A DNA stretch of 63,862 bases, filler included, from Reticulomyxa filosa (lineage: Eukaryota > Protista > Foraminifera), in assembly GCA_000512085.1 (NCBI GenBank). It is 25 parts of 25 records of this genome, joined end to end, with 100 filler letters (N's around TTAATTAATTAA, not from the genome) between each part and the next. Parts side by side here need not be neighbours in the genome. Positions count along the whole stretch, not along the records: positions 46,612 to 49,730 come from ASPP01022078.1; positions 49,831 to 50,877 come from ASPP01048992.1; positions 50,978 to 54,452 come from ASPP01019060.1; positions 54,553 to 58,765 come from ASPP01003205.1; positions 58,866 to 61,403 come from ASPP01044855.1; positions 61,504 to 63,862 come from ASPP01013409.1; 19 more parts are not named here. One strand, given 5' to 3'. A program made the position numbers and the translations under genes. Positions 49,050-61,957 of the stretch are shown one piece after another. Positions within the stretch are counted from its first letter, which is position 1; every line of letters starts with the position of its first letter. The notes beneath the pieces are model-generated. The model was given only the letters and a program-made list of their open reading frames with translations, did not search any database and had not been told where the DNA came from.

Positions 49050-49690
49050 TACACATATTCCTGCTTATTTGCATATGCCTATATTGGCACCTTGTTATTA
49101 TGGATAAATACCTTTATTGTCTTGGGATTGTGTGACTGTGTTCAACGTCCAACTTGATTGTTTTTCCAGTAAGGTTTTCACAAAGCTGTATAAGTATATT
49201 TATAATTATAATTATATTCCAAACAAACAAATAAATAAAAGATTGCGAATTTTCGAAAAATAAAAACAACTACTTACATTTGAATCACTTAAGGCCCTTC
49301 CATCTTTCAATTGCTTTCCAGCAAAGATTAGTCGTTGTTACTATGGTGGATGCTTTCCTTCTCTTGGATCTTGTCATTGTGTTCAACGTCTAAGATAATT
49401 GTTTTGACTGTCAAGGTCTTCACAAAGTTATACTTTTTTTTTGTACGGAATTGGTTTATAAAAATTGTTTATAAAAACATATACAACTTACATTTACATG
49501 TCACCAAATGTGCTTTCTTTTTGGATATTGTAGTCATTCAATGTTCAGCAATCATCTAATAGCTTTCAGACAAAGATCAATAATTGCTTCTTCATTGTCT
49601 TGGATTTTGGCTTTTACATTCTGGATCGTGTTGTTGGGCTCGACATCCAACGTGATTGTTCCAGTTAAAGTTTTCACGAAGCTATTCAGA
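49050..49690 (-). pseudogene. Polyubiquitin pseudogene, three decayed monomers
   Basis: [28 protein letters not shown]...LNDYNIQKEST; FVKTLTVKTIILDVE...LIFAGKQLKDGRALSD; FVKTL.GKTIKLDVE. An intron precedes each FVKT. Confidence 0.9.
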
Positions 49691-50461
49691 ATAAAAAGCA
49701 AGTAATCGTCATATTCGTATTAAGATAAGGNNNNNNNNNNNNNNNNNNNNNNNNNNNNNNNNNNNNNNNNNNNNTTAATTAATTAANNNNNNNNNNNNNN
49801 NNNNNNNNNNNNNNNNNNNNNNNNNNNNNNTGTTTGTTTCTGTTTTTAAATTGATTGTTGCTTTGCCAAGCTTGGAGAATAAAAATTTGAATATTCGACT
49901 TTGAAACATTAAAACTGCGTAAACATAAATTTCATAAATGATATGTTTAAAAGACATTTGATGGATTGCTATTTCTTTAGATGATAACGCAACTCTTGGG
50001 ATGCAGCAATTTGTAGTAGAGATCATTGCGAAGAGGATTTTTACAACATTAATGTGATTAAATATACAATATTTTATCAAATAAACACAAATGAAATATT
50101 TTTACAAATAACATCCATTATCTCTTTATTGACTTGTCTCATTTGCAAAATTTGAGAAATGATTTAATTCATTATAATATTTTAGTAATAAGATACAAAT
50201 AATTAAATTAATTGTTGACAACTAAAAGATGTATTATTTAAAATGAGTATAATATTACCAAATCCAATATTCGCACATAATGATAACTTAGTCTTTGATA
50301 CCAAATAGATTTTATTGCTACAACGCCCTTGTAGATTGACTCCTCAAATTTCTACTTTTTCCATTTCTTTTTGTACAATCTTGTTATTGTCATTAATTTT
50401 ATTCACTGTATTTTCTTGTTCTTGTTTCTATTCATTATTTCAAACAAAGAGATACAAAATA

Positions 50462-50877
50462 CAGTTGTGACAAAAAAAAATTAGCACACTAAAATATGAA
50501 CTTTTTGTGTTTCTAACAAAAATTCTAGTAGAATTGTGATTATTTTTTCTGGTTTACTGGATATACATTTACAATTTTATAAGTAGTTTGTAAAAATAAA
50601 AAAATTTTCAAAAATGATTGTAAGTGTGTAGTTTTCATGTTGGACTTGCTTTAGTTGCGGTCACAATTTTCCATATAAACTTTTCTTTTTCAATATTCCA
50701 ACAAGTTTTGTATTTATTGTTATTCTTTGGAGGTGTTTGATAAAGAATGTGAAGATATTGACAAAGATATTTGTAGAACGTTAGTGGAATCCATACCTGA
50801 TAGGATAAAAGTTGTGATCAAAGCAATGGATGTAAATACGAAATATTAAGAATTTTTGTTGGTGTTTTTTGTTTGTT
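50462..50877 (+). mobile_element. Internally deleted Tc1/mariner element (left TIR plus transposase C-terminus)
   Basis: TA|CAGTTGTGACAAAAAAAAATTAGCACAC at 50460-50489. 50727-50849 encodes EDIDKDICRTLVESIPDRIKVVIKAMDVNTKY* (Tc1 consensus LVESMP.RI.AVIKAKGG.TKY). Confidence 0.8.
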
Positions 50878-52039
50878 NNNNNNNNNNNNNNNNNNNNNNN
50901 NNNNNNNNNNNNNNNNNNNNNTTAATTAATTAANNNNNNNNNNNNNNNNNNNNNNNNNNNNNNNNNNNNNNNNNNNNTGTATGTTAAATAGAAAATTTGC
51001 AACGAGTTTATGCAAATTATAAATGTACAATTTCTTCTGTTAATTACTTGATTTCGACATTCGGTTTGTTTTCTCATTTCTTTCTCAGCACAGATGATGA
51101 CAAAAATGACAAGAAGCTCAAAACGACAAGTAATGGCCCTAAGAGGAAAATGATATCATTGTTTGTTTGTATGGTTAAAGAACTCGCACCAACTGTTTCT
51201 GACATGGAGAAGAGTTATCTTGTGGAAGGTGGAAAAGGAAGGGGACGGAAAAAAAATGTTTTTGATAATTGTTTGTTTTTCTTTCTATTTGTCCTCAAAC
51301 AAGTTTATCAAAGATATAATACAAAGTTTTTTTTAAACTGTCTAATTTTAAAAGACGTAATTAAACATTTTGACGTTTGCATAAAACGATTCAATAACAA
51401 TAAAAATAAATATCTGAATCTATAATAATGAACAGTCTGTATCTTCAACTGGACTAAAAAAAAGAAATAAAAATAAAGGACAAAATGTTGAATAATTATG
51501 AAAGATTTAATAAAAAACAAAATGATATTTAAAAACTAAGCGAGCAGAAATATTTTTTTAAAATTAGGTCGGATGTTGTTTTTTCATGAAGACAATCAAT
51601 CGTCTCTATAAGGTACCGTTTTAGGTGTCAATTTTCTTTGCATTCTACTGTAGATATTATAATCTTTGTAATATTTCTGATCAGAAACAAATTTTTAGAA
51701 AAAGATCAAATTTTTTTTTTTTATGCAAGATTCAAATTAGAAAACGTATATGTCATTGTAAAAAATTTGTAGCATTTTCGACTTGTGCATCATAAAAACA
51801 GGAGAAAAAATTGTTTTATGACTTTTTAACTAATATTTAGTAAACAATTTTTGTAAAAGTTCGACATAGATATTTTTTCCGTTTGAACAGTCAAAAAGCT
51901 GTTTCGAGCACAATTGAATCGCCATGTTTCAGAATTCACATTAAAAAAAATTTAATTCTTTCAATTTTATTTAATCCTTTTCAAACATGAAGGAAAAAAA
52001 CCACACAATATATCCAATTTAAACTAATATGTTCTTTTT

Positions 52040-54110
52040 TTTGAGTGGCTTGAAGTTAGTGTCATCGTCCTTAAACAAATCTTTGGTAGCAGTTGGTCCT
52101 TTCTTTTTATTTATTCACGCGCCACTTGATTGTTGAACAATGTGTCTTCCTGATCACTGTCCAAAGTTGCAGATTTTTTGTTAGTGTTAGGATCATCTTC
52201 TTCATCAAGAGGATTTTTCTAAGTGATATATTCAACAACACAAAGATCAGAAATATATTGGTGTAACAATTATTTCTTTACACAAACAAAATACAACTCT
52301 ACGTACAATTTTTGCAGGCGCGACAATAAACCAGTCACTTTCAGCATCGTCAAATATATTCAATCGATGTTCAACAGGATTTACATTCACATGAGGCGTG
52401 TTCGGCTTCTTCTCCTTCATCACTTTCAAACAAAGCTTTTCCTGAGTGCGCTTTCGATTTTACTACTGTTTCCATAATTTTGTCATCGTCGAAGTTAAAT
52501 AAGGAATCCTTCGACGCAGGTTTGGTGGATTGCACTGTTTTTTATTCAATCAAAAAAAAAAAGAGCATCATTATTTTATCTTGTCTTGTTTATCCTTTCT
52601 CCCTTTATTCGACTACAGGCAGATGACGGAGGAAGAGAAAAAATAAACAAACAAACAAGTAAACAAATAAACAAGCAGACTTTTTTGATAGACATAGATA
52701 TTCCACTTGCGATAAAAACAATGTCTCATTTTTGTAGAATTTAAAAAAAACATACACACACAAAAGAAATAGTCATATCAAAACTTGTTCATCTTTGATC
52801 TCCGACTCTTTCTTTTGTTCAGCCACAGACAGTGGCAAAGGTCCAACCTCATTTTCATCGCCGTCAAAGTTCACTTTATTTCTGTTTTTCGCCTTTTTTT
52901 TTTTTTTACGTGCCTTGTTGCGTGGGCCTGTCCAAAAGCATACTGTTGCTGACTTCTCCGCTGTTTTGTGGATGCTTGATGACAACTTTGGCGTCCAGTC
53001 TCAATGCGAGCGGGTTGCATGCCAAATGTCCGAATTTTTTGCTCAATTTGCCAGTGAGCTGTGACCTTGCGGGTGCACTGGCAGATGAAGTGGTCGTTGC
53101 GGCCAGAGGATCGATTTCTTGATGGGGCTTCTCATCAATTGGCGATACATACTCACTTTTCTTTGAAATGCCATGATTGTTGCTTTCGCTTTCAGAAATG
53201 ATCATTGGTCGTATGGAAGCATTAATGTCGTCGAGTCAATTTCCGATTGACTTTTTTTGCTGCTGGGCTATCCCCTGGTGGTTTTACCTGCGTCCGTTTC
53301 TTCGACGACCATACCTTCAACCGGGACTTCTCGAACCACGTGCTTGCTAAGTCTGGAATTTCTGAAATTTTCGGTGTCATTGTCACTATCGGAGTTCCAA
53401 AGACAGGATTGCTTCTTGGTTGACACTTTTGGTTTAAAGTTTTCGTCCGAACCGGGGTCCAACTTTTCCACACAAACATGCACATCAAAAATTTTGCTTG
53501 CAAATACATTCAATCAAACAAAAAAAACAAGTAACGCTAACGTACCGTCAGTGGATATTTCAGCTCCTTGCTTGCACGTTTTCTTTTTCATTTTTTTTCT
53601 TTCTCTTTTGTTTTGGCAGGGACAAAAATTTCATTATCACTGTCATCACTCCAATCCAACAAATCTTTTTTGATGTAACGACTTTTTCGGCTTTGGTTTC
53701 CTCTTTCGAGATATCGGATTGTGATTTTCTTGCGTTTTCTGTGATTTGACGGATTTGGTCACTGCCTTGCTCGTGCCAAACGTCTTTCATGGTGTGTGGT
53801 TGGCCGGATCTTAGAGCGTAAACATTGATGACCACTACGAGTTTCGACACATCGCCAACAGGTTCGGAAGCCCTGGATTTTTCGCCAGTTTTTAATTTTC
53901 ACATTGATCTCCTTTGCCACACTTAGCTCGTCACTTTTTTCCTTGCATTGTATGTCGCCGAAATGAACAGTTTATGTTTGACTCTAAACGATGTTATATT
54001 CATCATATTTCATTCGTTTAAGAAAAAATACGTAAGTGATACAAGTAAAAATAAAAAATAAACTGGATGTTTGGTTTTTTAACGTCCGTGTCTGAGTCAC
54101 TGTCCAGGTT
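52040..54110 (-). pseudogene. FAM21/WASHC2-like disordered acidic protein, frameshifted
   Basis: LF-acidic motifs (SLFNFDDD, ALFESDE, NIFDDAESD, DLFKDDD) plus GHLACNPLAL and a downstream LLDRP..basic segment. Stops and frameshifts are present. Confidence 0.4.
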
Positions 54111-54619
54111 CTACACAGCATTCATTCCTTTTTCCAAAAATAACAATGTCCGAATCGGACACAAACTTTTTTTCATTCATTATGCACTATTGTAAAAAAC
54201 TACAATATTTAAATTTAAAAAAGCAATAATATTAAAAAAATATTTTTCTCTCATCAATATTTCCAACAAAAAAAAATTTTTTTTTTAAATTAGTGGTCAT
54301 TTTTCGTTGGTTTTGACATGCATTTTTCATTCTCTTGCCAATATGAAAAGGATATTTAACACCCGTTTTTTTTTTAAGGTGTTTTGGAAAGAGCAACAGA
54401 TAGGCTGTTCGAAATTATTTGTAACTTCTTGGGATTCTCAATAGCGCCATATNNNNNNNNNNNNNNNNNNNNNNNNNNNNNNNNNNNNNNNNNNNNTTAA
54501 TTAATTAANNNNNNNNNNNNNNNNNNNNNNNNNNNNNNNNNNNNNNNNNNNNTGTGTGTGTGTGTGTATACTATAAATTGGTCTCATTAACATTCGACAA
54601 ACAAAACAAAAGATTGTTA

Positions 54620-54960
54620 AGTTTTTCCTGCGAGATTTGAAACTGAATCCCAATTTCCAAGACAAATCAATGATGACACCATTACGATGGGCTGCATACT
54701 TGGGATATAAAAATATTTTGAAGGACTTGTTGACACACCAAGCGGAGGATCTTTTGGATGAATATGGTCAAAATGTTGTGTTTTATGCCGCAAAGAAAGG
54801 GCATATCGAATGCTTAGATCTCTTAGCAAAGGCAAATGCTGATTTCAGCGTTCGAAATAATGAGGGGTTAACTGCTTTGGAAAAAGCTGCTGACAAAGAC
54901 ACTTCGCGATTTATTAAAAAAGTCAGGGACTTACACCAAAATCATGCGTTTGCAGATTGA
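54620..54960 (+). CDS. Ankyrin-repeat protein, last exon
   Basis: TPLRWAAYLG, NVVFYAAKKGHIECLDLL...ADFSVRNNEGLTALEKA. Confidence 0.9.
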
Positions 54961-55397
54961 TTGTGATTTGTTTGTTTGGTCTTTTTTTTTTCAGTTTGTG
55001 CATAGTAAAATACTCACTTTTCCTCCTTAAGGCGATACAGTCAGTTGAAAAGTAAAATTGTGTCAGCAAATCTGTTCAAAGTTGTTATCATATGCAACAT
55101 GTTCACTGGCAAAATTTGCAATTTTTCGAATAGCAACAAATATTCTTTTTTTTTTGGCTCATTTTCTTAATATATGAGTTAATTCCTGTACTATTACATT
55201 CTTTACGTAGTTGACCTTCTTTCTCATGATGCTTGATCTATCTAAAAATTAATGCATGAAATGTGCATTACAGCAATTTTTTATTGAAATTGCGTCTTTT
55301 AAACGTGCTAATGTCCGGTGAATATACAGTTAAAGGAGTATTAGTACGAAAAAAATACTCGCGTTAGCAACATCGTGCAAAAAACAACTGTTGACCA

Positions 55398-56438
55398 ATG
55401 AATCCAGTAATCCAAGTGGCAATATGGATGCTCCCTCTGGAGATTATCTCGTCCTGCGTTGCTTGTGAACTTGCACGACGTTCAAAACTTGTTCATTGCA
55501 TTTTGATGTTCATTGTTCCCGCATGTTTAACCCCTTACTGGTTGCTGTCAATCATTGAAAAAAATGATTGGTTCGCAATCTCGAAAGTCTACAGTGTGAC
55601 TTGTTTTGGTGGTGTTGGTATATATGTACATCGCTGGGTGCTGAATGTAGATTTAAAAGCGAAATGGACAAAAGAGCGCTTCCATTGGTGGCGTAGACTA
55701 GAATCGATATTTGCGTATTGTACTCTATTTGTGAACGTTTTAGAAGCAGTATTACAAGATGCCTCGCAACACCGATATGTAAATGTTGTCACCGGAATTT
55801 TGCTAGCTTTAGCTCAAACTTGTGATCAGGAATTGCATCAGCCATCACCAGAGGGTCCAATCTACGATGGGTTGTGGTTCCTTACGTAAGTTTATATTTC
55901 CTACACATATGTTTTTAAAGTTGTAATGTATGTACATAGGATTTCATTTTTTTTTTTTTTTTTATGTGTTTGTATACGTATAAGTGGTACAAATGATCCG
56001 CAAGACAGCGTACATGATCATATCTATCCGGTTGCGTATGTCTTGTGGAATCATACGTTTTGCTATGGCAGCTACGGCCATTTGGGGGTTATCCATTTGG
56101 CTGCGCCATTTTTGTTGAGTTGGCGGAATGGGTGGAATTTGTTCATGATGTACCGAGGCTATGCATTGGCGTTTTGTTTTCAAGTTCTGTTCTCGCATAA
56201 AAACGGGTCATCATGGTTTTTCTGGGATAAAAAAACTTATTATGGTCTGTACTATAATCATACCTATTATTCGTGCTTGCAATGGATCGCCTTGAACTAT
56301 GTTATTTTTGGCTTATTGTTGCATCAACTTCGTTTGTACCGCGAGGACACACAGAGAGGTCATGAAAAGAGAGTTTCGAGTCTCTTTCAATGGATATTAT
56401 ATGCTATTGGAGTTCCAAGGAAAAGCAAAAAAGAGTAA
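55398..56438 (+). CDS. Polytopic membrane protein, DUF5692-like; intron 55886-55984
   Basis: WFAISKVYS, NVLEAVLQD, NVVTGILL, AYVLWN and MYRGYAL occur in the order recalled for DUF5692. Confidence 0.6.
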
Positions 56439-56706
56439 TCTCATTATTGTATTGGTTAATGTGCACTTATTCCTGACAACAAATTAAAATTTTTGTCCAA
56501 AATGGAATGTACCATACCGGGATGCAAAACAATTGAAGATTTTATTAATAAAAAGATCTTTTGGGAGGGTCAGAAGTTTCAATGTGAAAAGATTTTTTTT
56601 TGGGACGAGAAACTTGAAAATAATTTAAAAAGAATCATTTTTCAATATTGCAAATCATCAAAACAAAACAAACAAAAAAAAAACAACAGTTTTTATGAAA
56701 TTCGGA

Positions 56707-57862
56707 TTAGCCTGTCCAACCAAGCATTTTTTTTACGTGTCATTGACAGTGAAACTCACACCAATGCCAATTGGGGTTTTAATTAGTCCAAGTAGTAAAC
56801 CTTTGTAAAAGCCGGCAATTCCTTCGTTTCGGTAAATCCACTTTAAGGCTTCTTTGGCACTTGTATGCTTTCGAAAGTTACCACCAAATTCTTCAAGCTC
56901 AGTATCCGATAGTTGTCGTTTCGTTCCAAATACTTGTTGTCGTCTTTATTTTTTTTTAAAAAGAAGTTGTTCATTTTAATTATGACAGAAAAATCAACCT
57001 TTATTTTTTTTTAAATACCTTCGAATAGTATCGACAGGATAGCAGATTGTCGTTGTAATGGCACCAGCCATAAATCCCAACAGCAATCGGTGTGCAAGAT
57101 TGGATAAAAATGAATGATCATGCCATTCCCTCAATTTGTGTGATTTGGTAGTTTCGTAGATACCAAAGCCCATGCCACCGCGTAGCACTGTGCCAAAGAG
57201 CGTAAGAGGTAAGCCTTTATATAATGCTCGTACATCTTCTTGTTTGGCGATGTCTTTCAAAGTTTGGGCGACATTTGTATAGTGAAACACGCGATACTGT
57301 GTTACGATTCTCACATTTACTGTATCAAGTGGATGCGTAATCAATGTTGTTGTTGCTGATGCCAATGATCCACTTAAGCTTCGCAACAATGGCAAGTGTT
57401 GTTTCATATCTATGGTTCATGTCCAGATCAGTTTTTTTATTTGCGGAAATTTCTGACCAATTTTTTCACACGTTGTTATTATTTTCTTTTTTTTTTTTAG
57501 GTAACCTAACAGTCAGATTCGGACTCAATCTTTCGCATATATACAGGAAACAGTGTGTACACCAGCGTGGCATGAGGAATGTTTCGAGTTATGGCAGATA
57601 CACTACCGCGCCAAAGACCAAAGAAAAAACCTTCCTTTTGAATTATCGCATGGAACACGCCAAAAATGGTTCGTGATTCCATCACAGTTTTATGTTCGGA
57701 TACTTGTCTCAACCATTTCACGCGTTGAATTGGTTGTTTCACGTACGTGGCACATATTCCTGCCAATGCCCCTGAAATAAACGTTATGTATAGAGGTTGA
57801 TGGTGTTTTGATTTCGCTGATTGTATTGACGGCCCTTCATCGGGAGAGGAACGTGAAGACAT
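56707..57862 (-). CDS. Mitochondrial carrier (SLC25 family; CoA-carrier-like)
   Basis: Three carrier repeats: PIQRVK/EGFFFGLWRG, PLDTVNVR/ALYKG and PVDTIRR/GFYKG. Two introns. Confidence 0.92.
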
Positions 57863-58182
57863 GACCTACACCAATTTTTCACCCCCCTCCAAGGCCCACA
57901 TAATCCTCACACAACTCTGATTCGTAAAGACAGCCAAATTTACTAAAATTAATTTTTTCCTCTTTTGTGGTTGTGTCACCAAATGAAATTAGGAATTCTT
58001 TTTTTTTTTATCAATTTTTTGGAATGCTTTAAACCATTCAAACAAGTTGTCAAGTACACAAATGAAGTTTTAGTTAGCTGTGTTCACAACAATGAGTCAT
58101 TGACTAAAACACAACACATACTAAACGAAAAAAACTTACCTAAAAAATTTTTTTAAAAGTATTGAATTGACAAAGACCACAG

Positions 58183-58410
58183 ATGATTGAAGCATTAGAG
58201 TATTTTATCTCTTGGGTCGGTGAATTCAATTGGCTTTTGATAATATTTAAATTGGACAATATATGGTTTATTGCATTCACACTGGCCGTAATTTCTCTGC
58301 TAACTTACCTATTGTTGCGATATTTAAATCCATTATTCGCCCAAAACTCCATCCGTAACAAAACTCCAACACCTTCATTTTCTCCTTTAGATGTGGGGTA
58401 TGTTGGTTAG
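58183..58410 (+). CDS. Hypothetical membrane protein, first exon
   Basis: ATG-initiated hydrophobic ORF divergent from the carrier gene. Confidence 0.35.
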   Translation: MIEALEYFISWVGEFNWLLIIFKLDNIWFIAFTLAVISLLTYLLLRYLNPLFAQNSIRNKTPTPSFSPLDVGYVG

Positions 58411-59249
58411 AGAGGAGAAAAAAAGAAAAATGTGTGATTTTTTTAAGTTGTAGTAACAAAAGGGAACAGAATGAATCAAAAACTCATATTAAGCAAATAC
58501 AGGGCATGTTGTCAACGAATTTAGAGCAATTGTTGTTTCTTTTGTCCTTTTTGTTCTTGTGTTCTTGTTGGGCCCCTGTTCAAATGATTCACGTCCTTGC
58601 AGTCCACGAGCCGCAGTAGTGTCAATAAAAGTTAGGTCATCAAACAATCAATAAAAAAGGGCATCTATTCCACTGTTAGTGATAGTGCAATTGAAGTAAA
58701 GACATGCAAAAGCAAGACTTTTTTTTTTTTTTTTTACAGGGCCCATTTTTTTTGCTTTTTTTTTTNNNNNNNNNNNNNNNNNNNNNNNNNNNNNNNNNNN
58801 NNNNNNNNNTTAATTAATTAANNNNNNNNNNNNNNNNNNNNNNNNNNNNNNNNNNNNNNNNNNNNATTGTAATTTTTTTGTGTCAGTTCATTTTGGGGAT
58901 TTTTTTTTTATGTCAATAAAAGGTCATAACAAATAATTGCTTTCCAATTATTGTATGACTATACATTTAAAAATTGTCAATTGACTGTTCAAAAAACTCT
59001 GATAGAATTTATGCAGTACGAGATTAAAGAATTGTTACTGCTAAATGAAAATTATGTCGGTGATCACTACTAATTGCCGCACTGTCAATGTAGCAAAGTA
59101 AAAATTACAAAAAACTTAAATCAAACAAAGAAAAAACTAAAAAGAGAACTTTTAACATAATCACTTCAACGGGTGGCATTTTAGGGTGTAGTTTTTTTTT
59201 CCAACTTAATGTAGCACGCATTCCAAACAAAACAAAGTTTCATTTACAC

Positions 59250-61403
59250 TGCTTACTATGTCAACTTCACTATATCTGGGGGGACTTCTAATGGTTCTGA
59301 TTTCGTCCAACTGGCTCTTTTTTTTAATATTCAACACCGATTGGCGTGCCAGCTCCGCTTCCACATTGCACGTTTCCTCCGTAATCATCTCCATTTACTT
59401 ACTGATTTCTTCTTCCACTCGGATGGCCTACTCTCTGGACTTGGTCGCCTCTTGCTCCGAGTGCATCATCTGGTGAAGCTTTTCGTCGGCAATCCGCTGC
59501 TGCCCCGACAGCTGTGTCTCCTTTTCATTCAGGTCGAGCTATCGCTTTTCCACCACATCCTCCTCCGTCTCGTGCAGGATCTTCAGTCCGACGCTCAAAC
59601 GCCGCTGCAGTTCGTCGAGATGATGTCGCTTTTCGTCGAACAGCTTCACAAAGTGCCAGATTAAGCCCAAGTAAGTGTCTGAGCGTTATATGTACGTGGA
59701 CCGGGCCATGTAGTTCTTGACCAGGTATTGCATCACGATCTCGGATCATTTCGTGGAATTTCACCAATGCATTGACCACTGAGAGCTCAATCGACGACGA
59801 TGACTTGATATTAGTCATACTTTTATTAATGCTATTCTTGTCTTGCTTTTTATCTTCATCATTACCACTGCTCTATCATCCATTGTCACTGTTTGGCCAG
59901 TGTCCTTGTTGCTGTTCGTTTCCCCTTTGCATTGGCAAGCTGCAGTCGCAACGCGACATAAACTCCTTGGCCACTTGCCTTACCAATAGTGTCTCCTTGA
60001 GTTTTTCTCCTCCTTCCTCGCGTGCCTCGTGCAGTTTGGCGGAGCAGCTGTGTTGCAGCTCCTCCTCCTCCTCCTCCTACTCCTCTTCGAAAAGGCCAGT
60101 GACTTCACCTGACGCGAGCAGCGCATTCATGCGTTCCAGGAACGCACTGTGTAAGATATTGGATTCGTCGACACAAGAACGTGATGCGTTCGCTGTCGAC
60201 GCCCGGCGCGAATGAGAGCACTGCGCAAATCCTGGTCAAAATGTTTCTGAGTATAGTCTTTGTGTACCTTGATTTTGGAAAGTAGACATGCCATTGAGCC
60301 ACGACACGAAGTGAGAAAACACGCTTTTGCCAGCGCCGGAAGCGCCGACCTAACAAATGTCCCAAAGGCTGTCGAAGCACACGACCGAGCAGTCCGTCGT
60401 AGATGACTAGCGCTACGTCGAGATCTTCCTCGTTGAAATCTTTCACACGTTGCACAGCGTACCCATGTAACTAGGCTTTGTCCAAAGATAAATAATTCAC
60501 TTTGACATTACATATAATCCGAAAACAAAATCGGATGTGCAAGTACGCATCTGCGACTTCGCGTATCAATTTCCATATGTCCAGTCCTTTTCCTCTGTCG
60601 TCACCCAGGCGGCCACTAAACAGACGTAATGCTTTGTATGCCCACAAACGCACCATCTTTTTTGCCGTCGTGACATCCTACGTTCTCCAGGTTGATCAAC
60701 GCGCGCACCCATCGATTCAGCTCTCGCGGACTATATACGTATAGTGCTGTTGGATGTCCAATCTGAAGTGTTGCTGCGACTTTTGGTATACGTCCATAAT
60801 TGAGTGTGTGATGTTTTCGCCAAGACCTTTCAGCGACGGCGTCATCTTCAACAGCGCTCGAACGAACGTGCTGTAAATTACCAACAATGAGTCTCTCACT
60901 GGAAAGTCGATCAATACCAATGGACAATGGTTCACAAAACGATGGGGGAGGGGGGGGGACAATACTACACGTTCCGCATCCGTGGGAGGATTGCATGCGC
61001 CTACGATTTAAATGTTTTCCAATTACACCCAATTCATATCCGCGTGATCACAGTATCTCCACCTCCCCCCCCTTTTCAATCAATTGACAAAGGAACGTAT
61101 TGATCGCATGCATGCCGTACTTATCTCCCGCAGGCAGATTGCACTCGTCGCAGAACACGACCAATATCTTGTTCGGCATAATGGGACGCAACGTATACCC
61201 TTGCGATGTCTGAAGTACTTTGCAATGCTGCTCGAAGCACTTGAACAATAGACTGGGATTAGCTGTCGACGAAAAGTTGAGCTCATTGCAGGCTACTTCT
61301 CAGTACAGCCTTGAGTGTCATCGATTTGCCACTGCCAGGAGGGCCGCACAGAATGACCTGTCTTCGCTCTTGCAGCCACGATCCGATAACGCGTGAGTGT
61401 CGA
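59250..61403 (-). pseudogene. Cytoplasmic dynein heavy chain pseudogene (AAA3 to stalk)
   Basis: [83 protein letters not shown] and QSVLNIKK..LDEIR, with many frameshifts and stops. Confidence 0.93.
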
Positions 61404-61503
61404 NNNNNNNNNNNNNNNNNNNNNNNNNNNNNNNNNNNNNNNNNNNNTTAATTAATTAANNNNNNNNNNNNNNNNNNNNNNNNNNNNNNNNNNNNNNNNN
61501 NNN

Positions 61504-61957
61504 CACACGTATCGTAAAAATATTTTTACGCGGGGGAAGCGTCAAGCGCAAGGGGTAAGAAATAATAAAGAGGGGGAGGGGGGAACTAAAAAAAAAAAAA
61601 AACAACAAACCGTGGTATCCGGCTAATCGGAAGAATTCACTTGTCCCTGGCTTTCCTGACTTGTTTTCACACATCTTGAGAAGTGCATCCATAAACCGGT
61701 TTTGATCTTTTTCGGTCATCGAGTTAATCTCTTGTCGCACAATTAGATCATGCGCTATTTTTTCTTCCGTTTCTTGAGTGCGCTCGTTGTCCGCTAACGT
61801 TCTTATTTTCGTTTATTGTGTCAACATTTAACAAAATTGACTTGTAAAGACGAAATTGTCCTTTTTTTTTTCCTTTTCCCTCCTTACTACGTGCACCAAA
61901 CTGTTTTTTGTCATTTTGATTCGTTGATGGTGTGACTTGAGTTTTAGGCTGTGACAT
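61504..61957 (-). CDS. Tyrosinase-like protein, 5' end
   Basis: VRQEINSMTEKDQNRFMDALLKM...SEFFRLAGYHG matches the tyrosinase N-terminus up to the first CuA histidine. Confidence 0.7.

Noticed and set aside
1081-61503. Regularly recurring TTAATTAATTAA palindrome as a biological repeat or CRISPR-like array
   Set aside because: It is always centred in exactly 88 Ns, so it is an artificial concatenation linker. ORFs ending 'XXXLIN' are artefacts of it.
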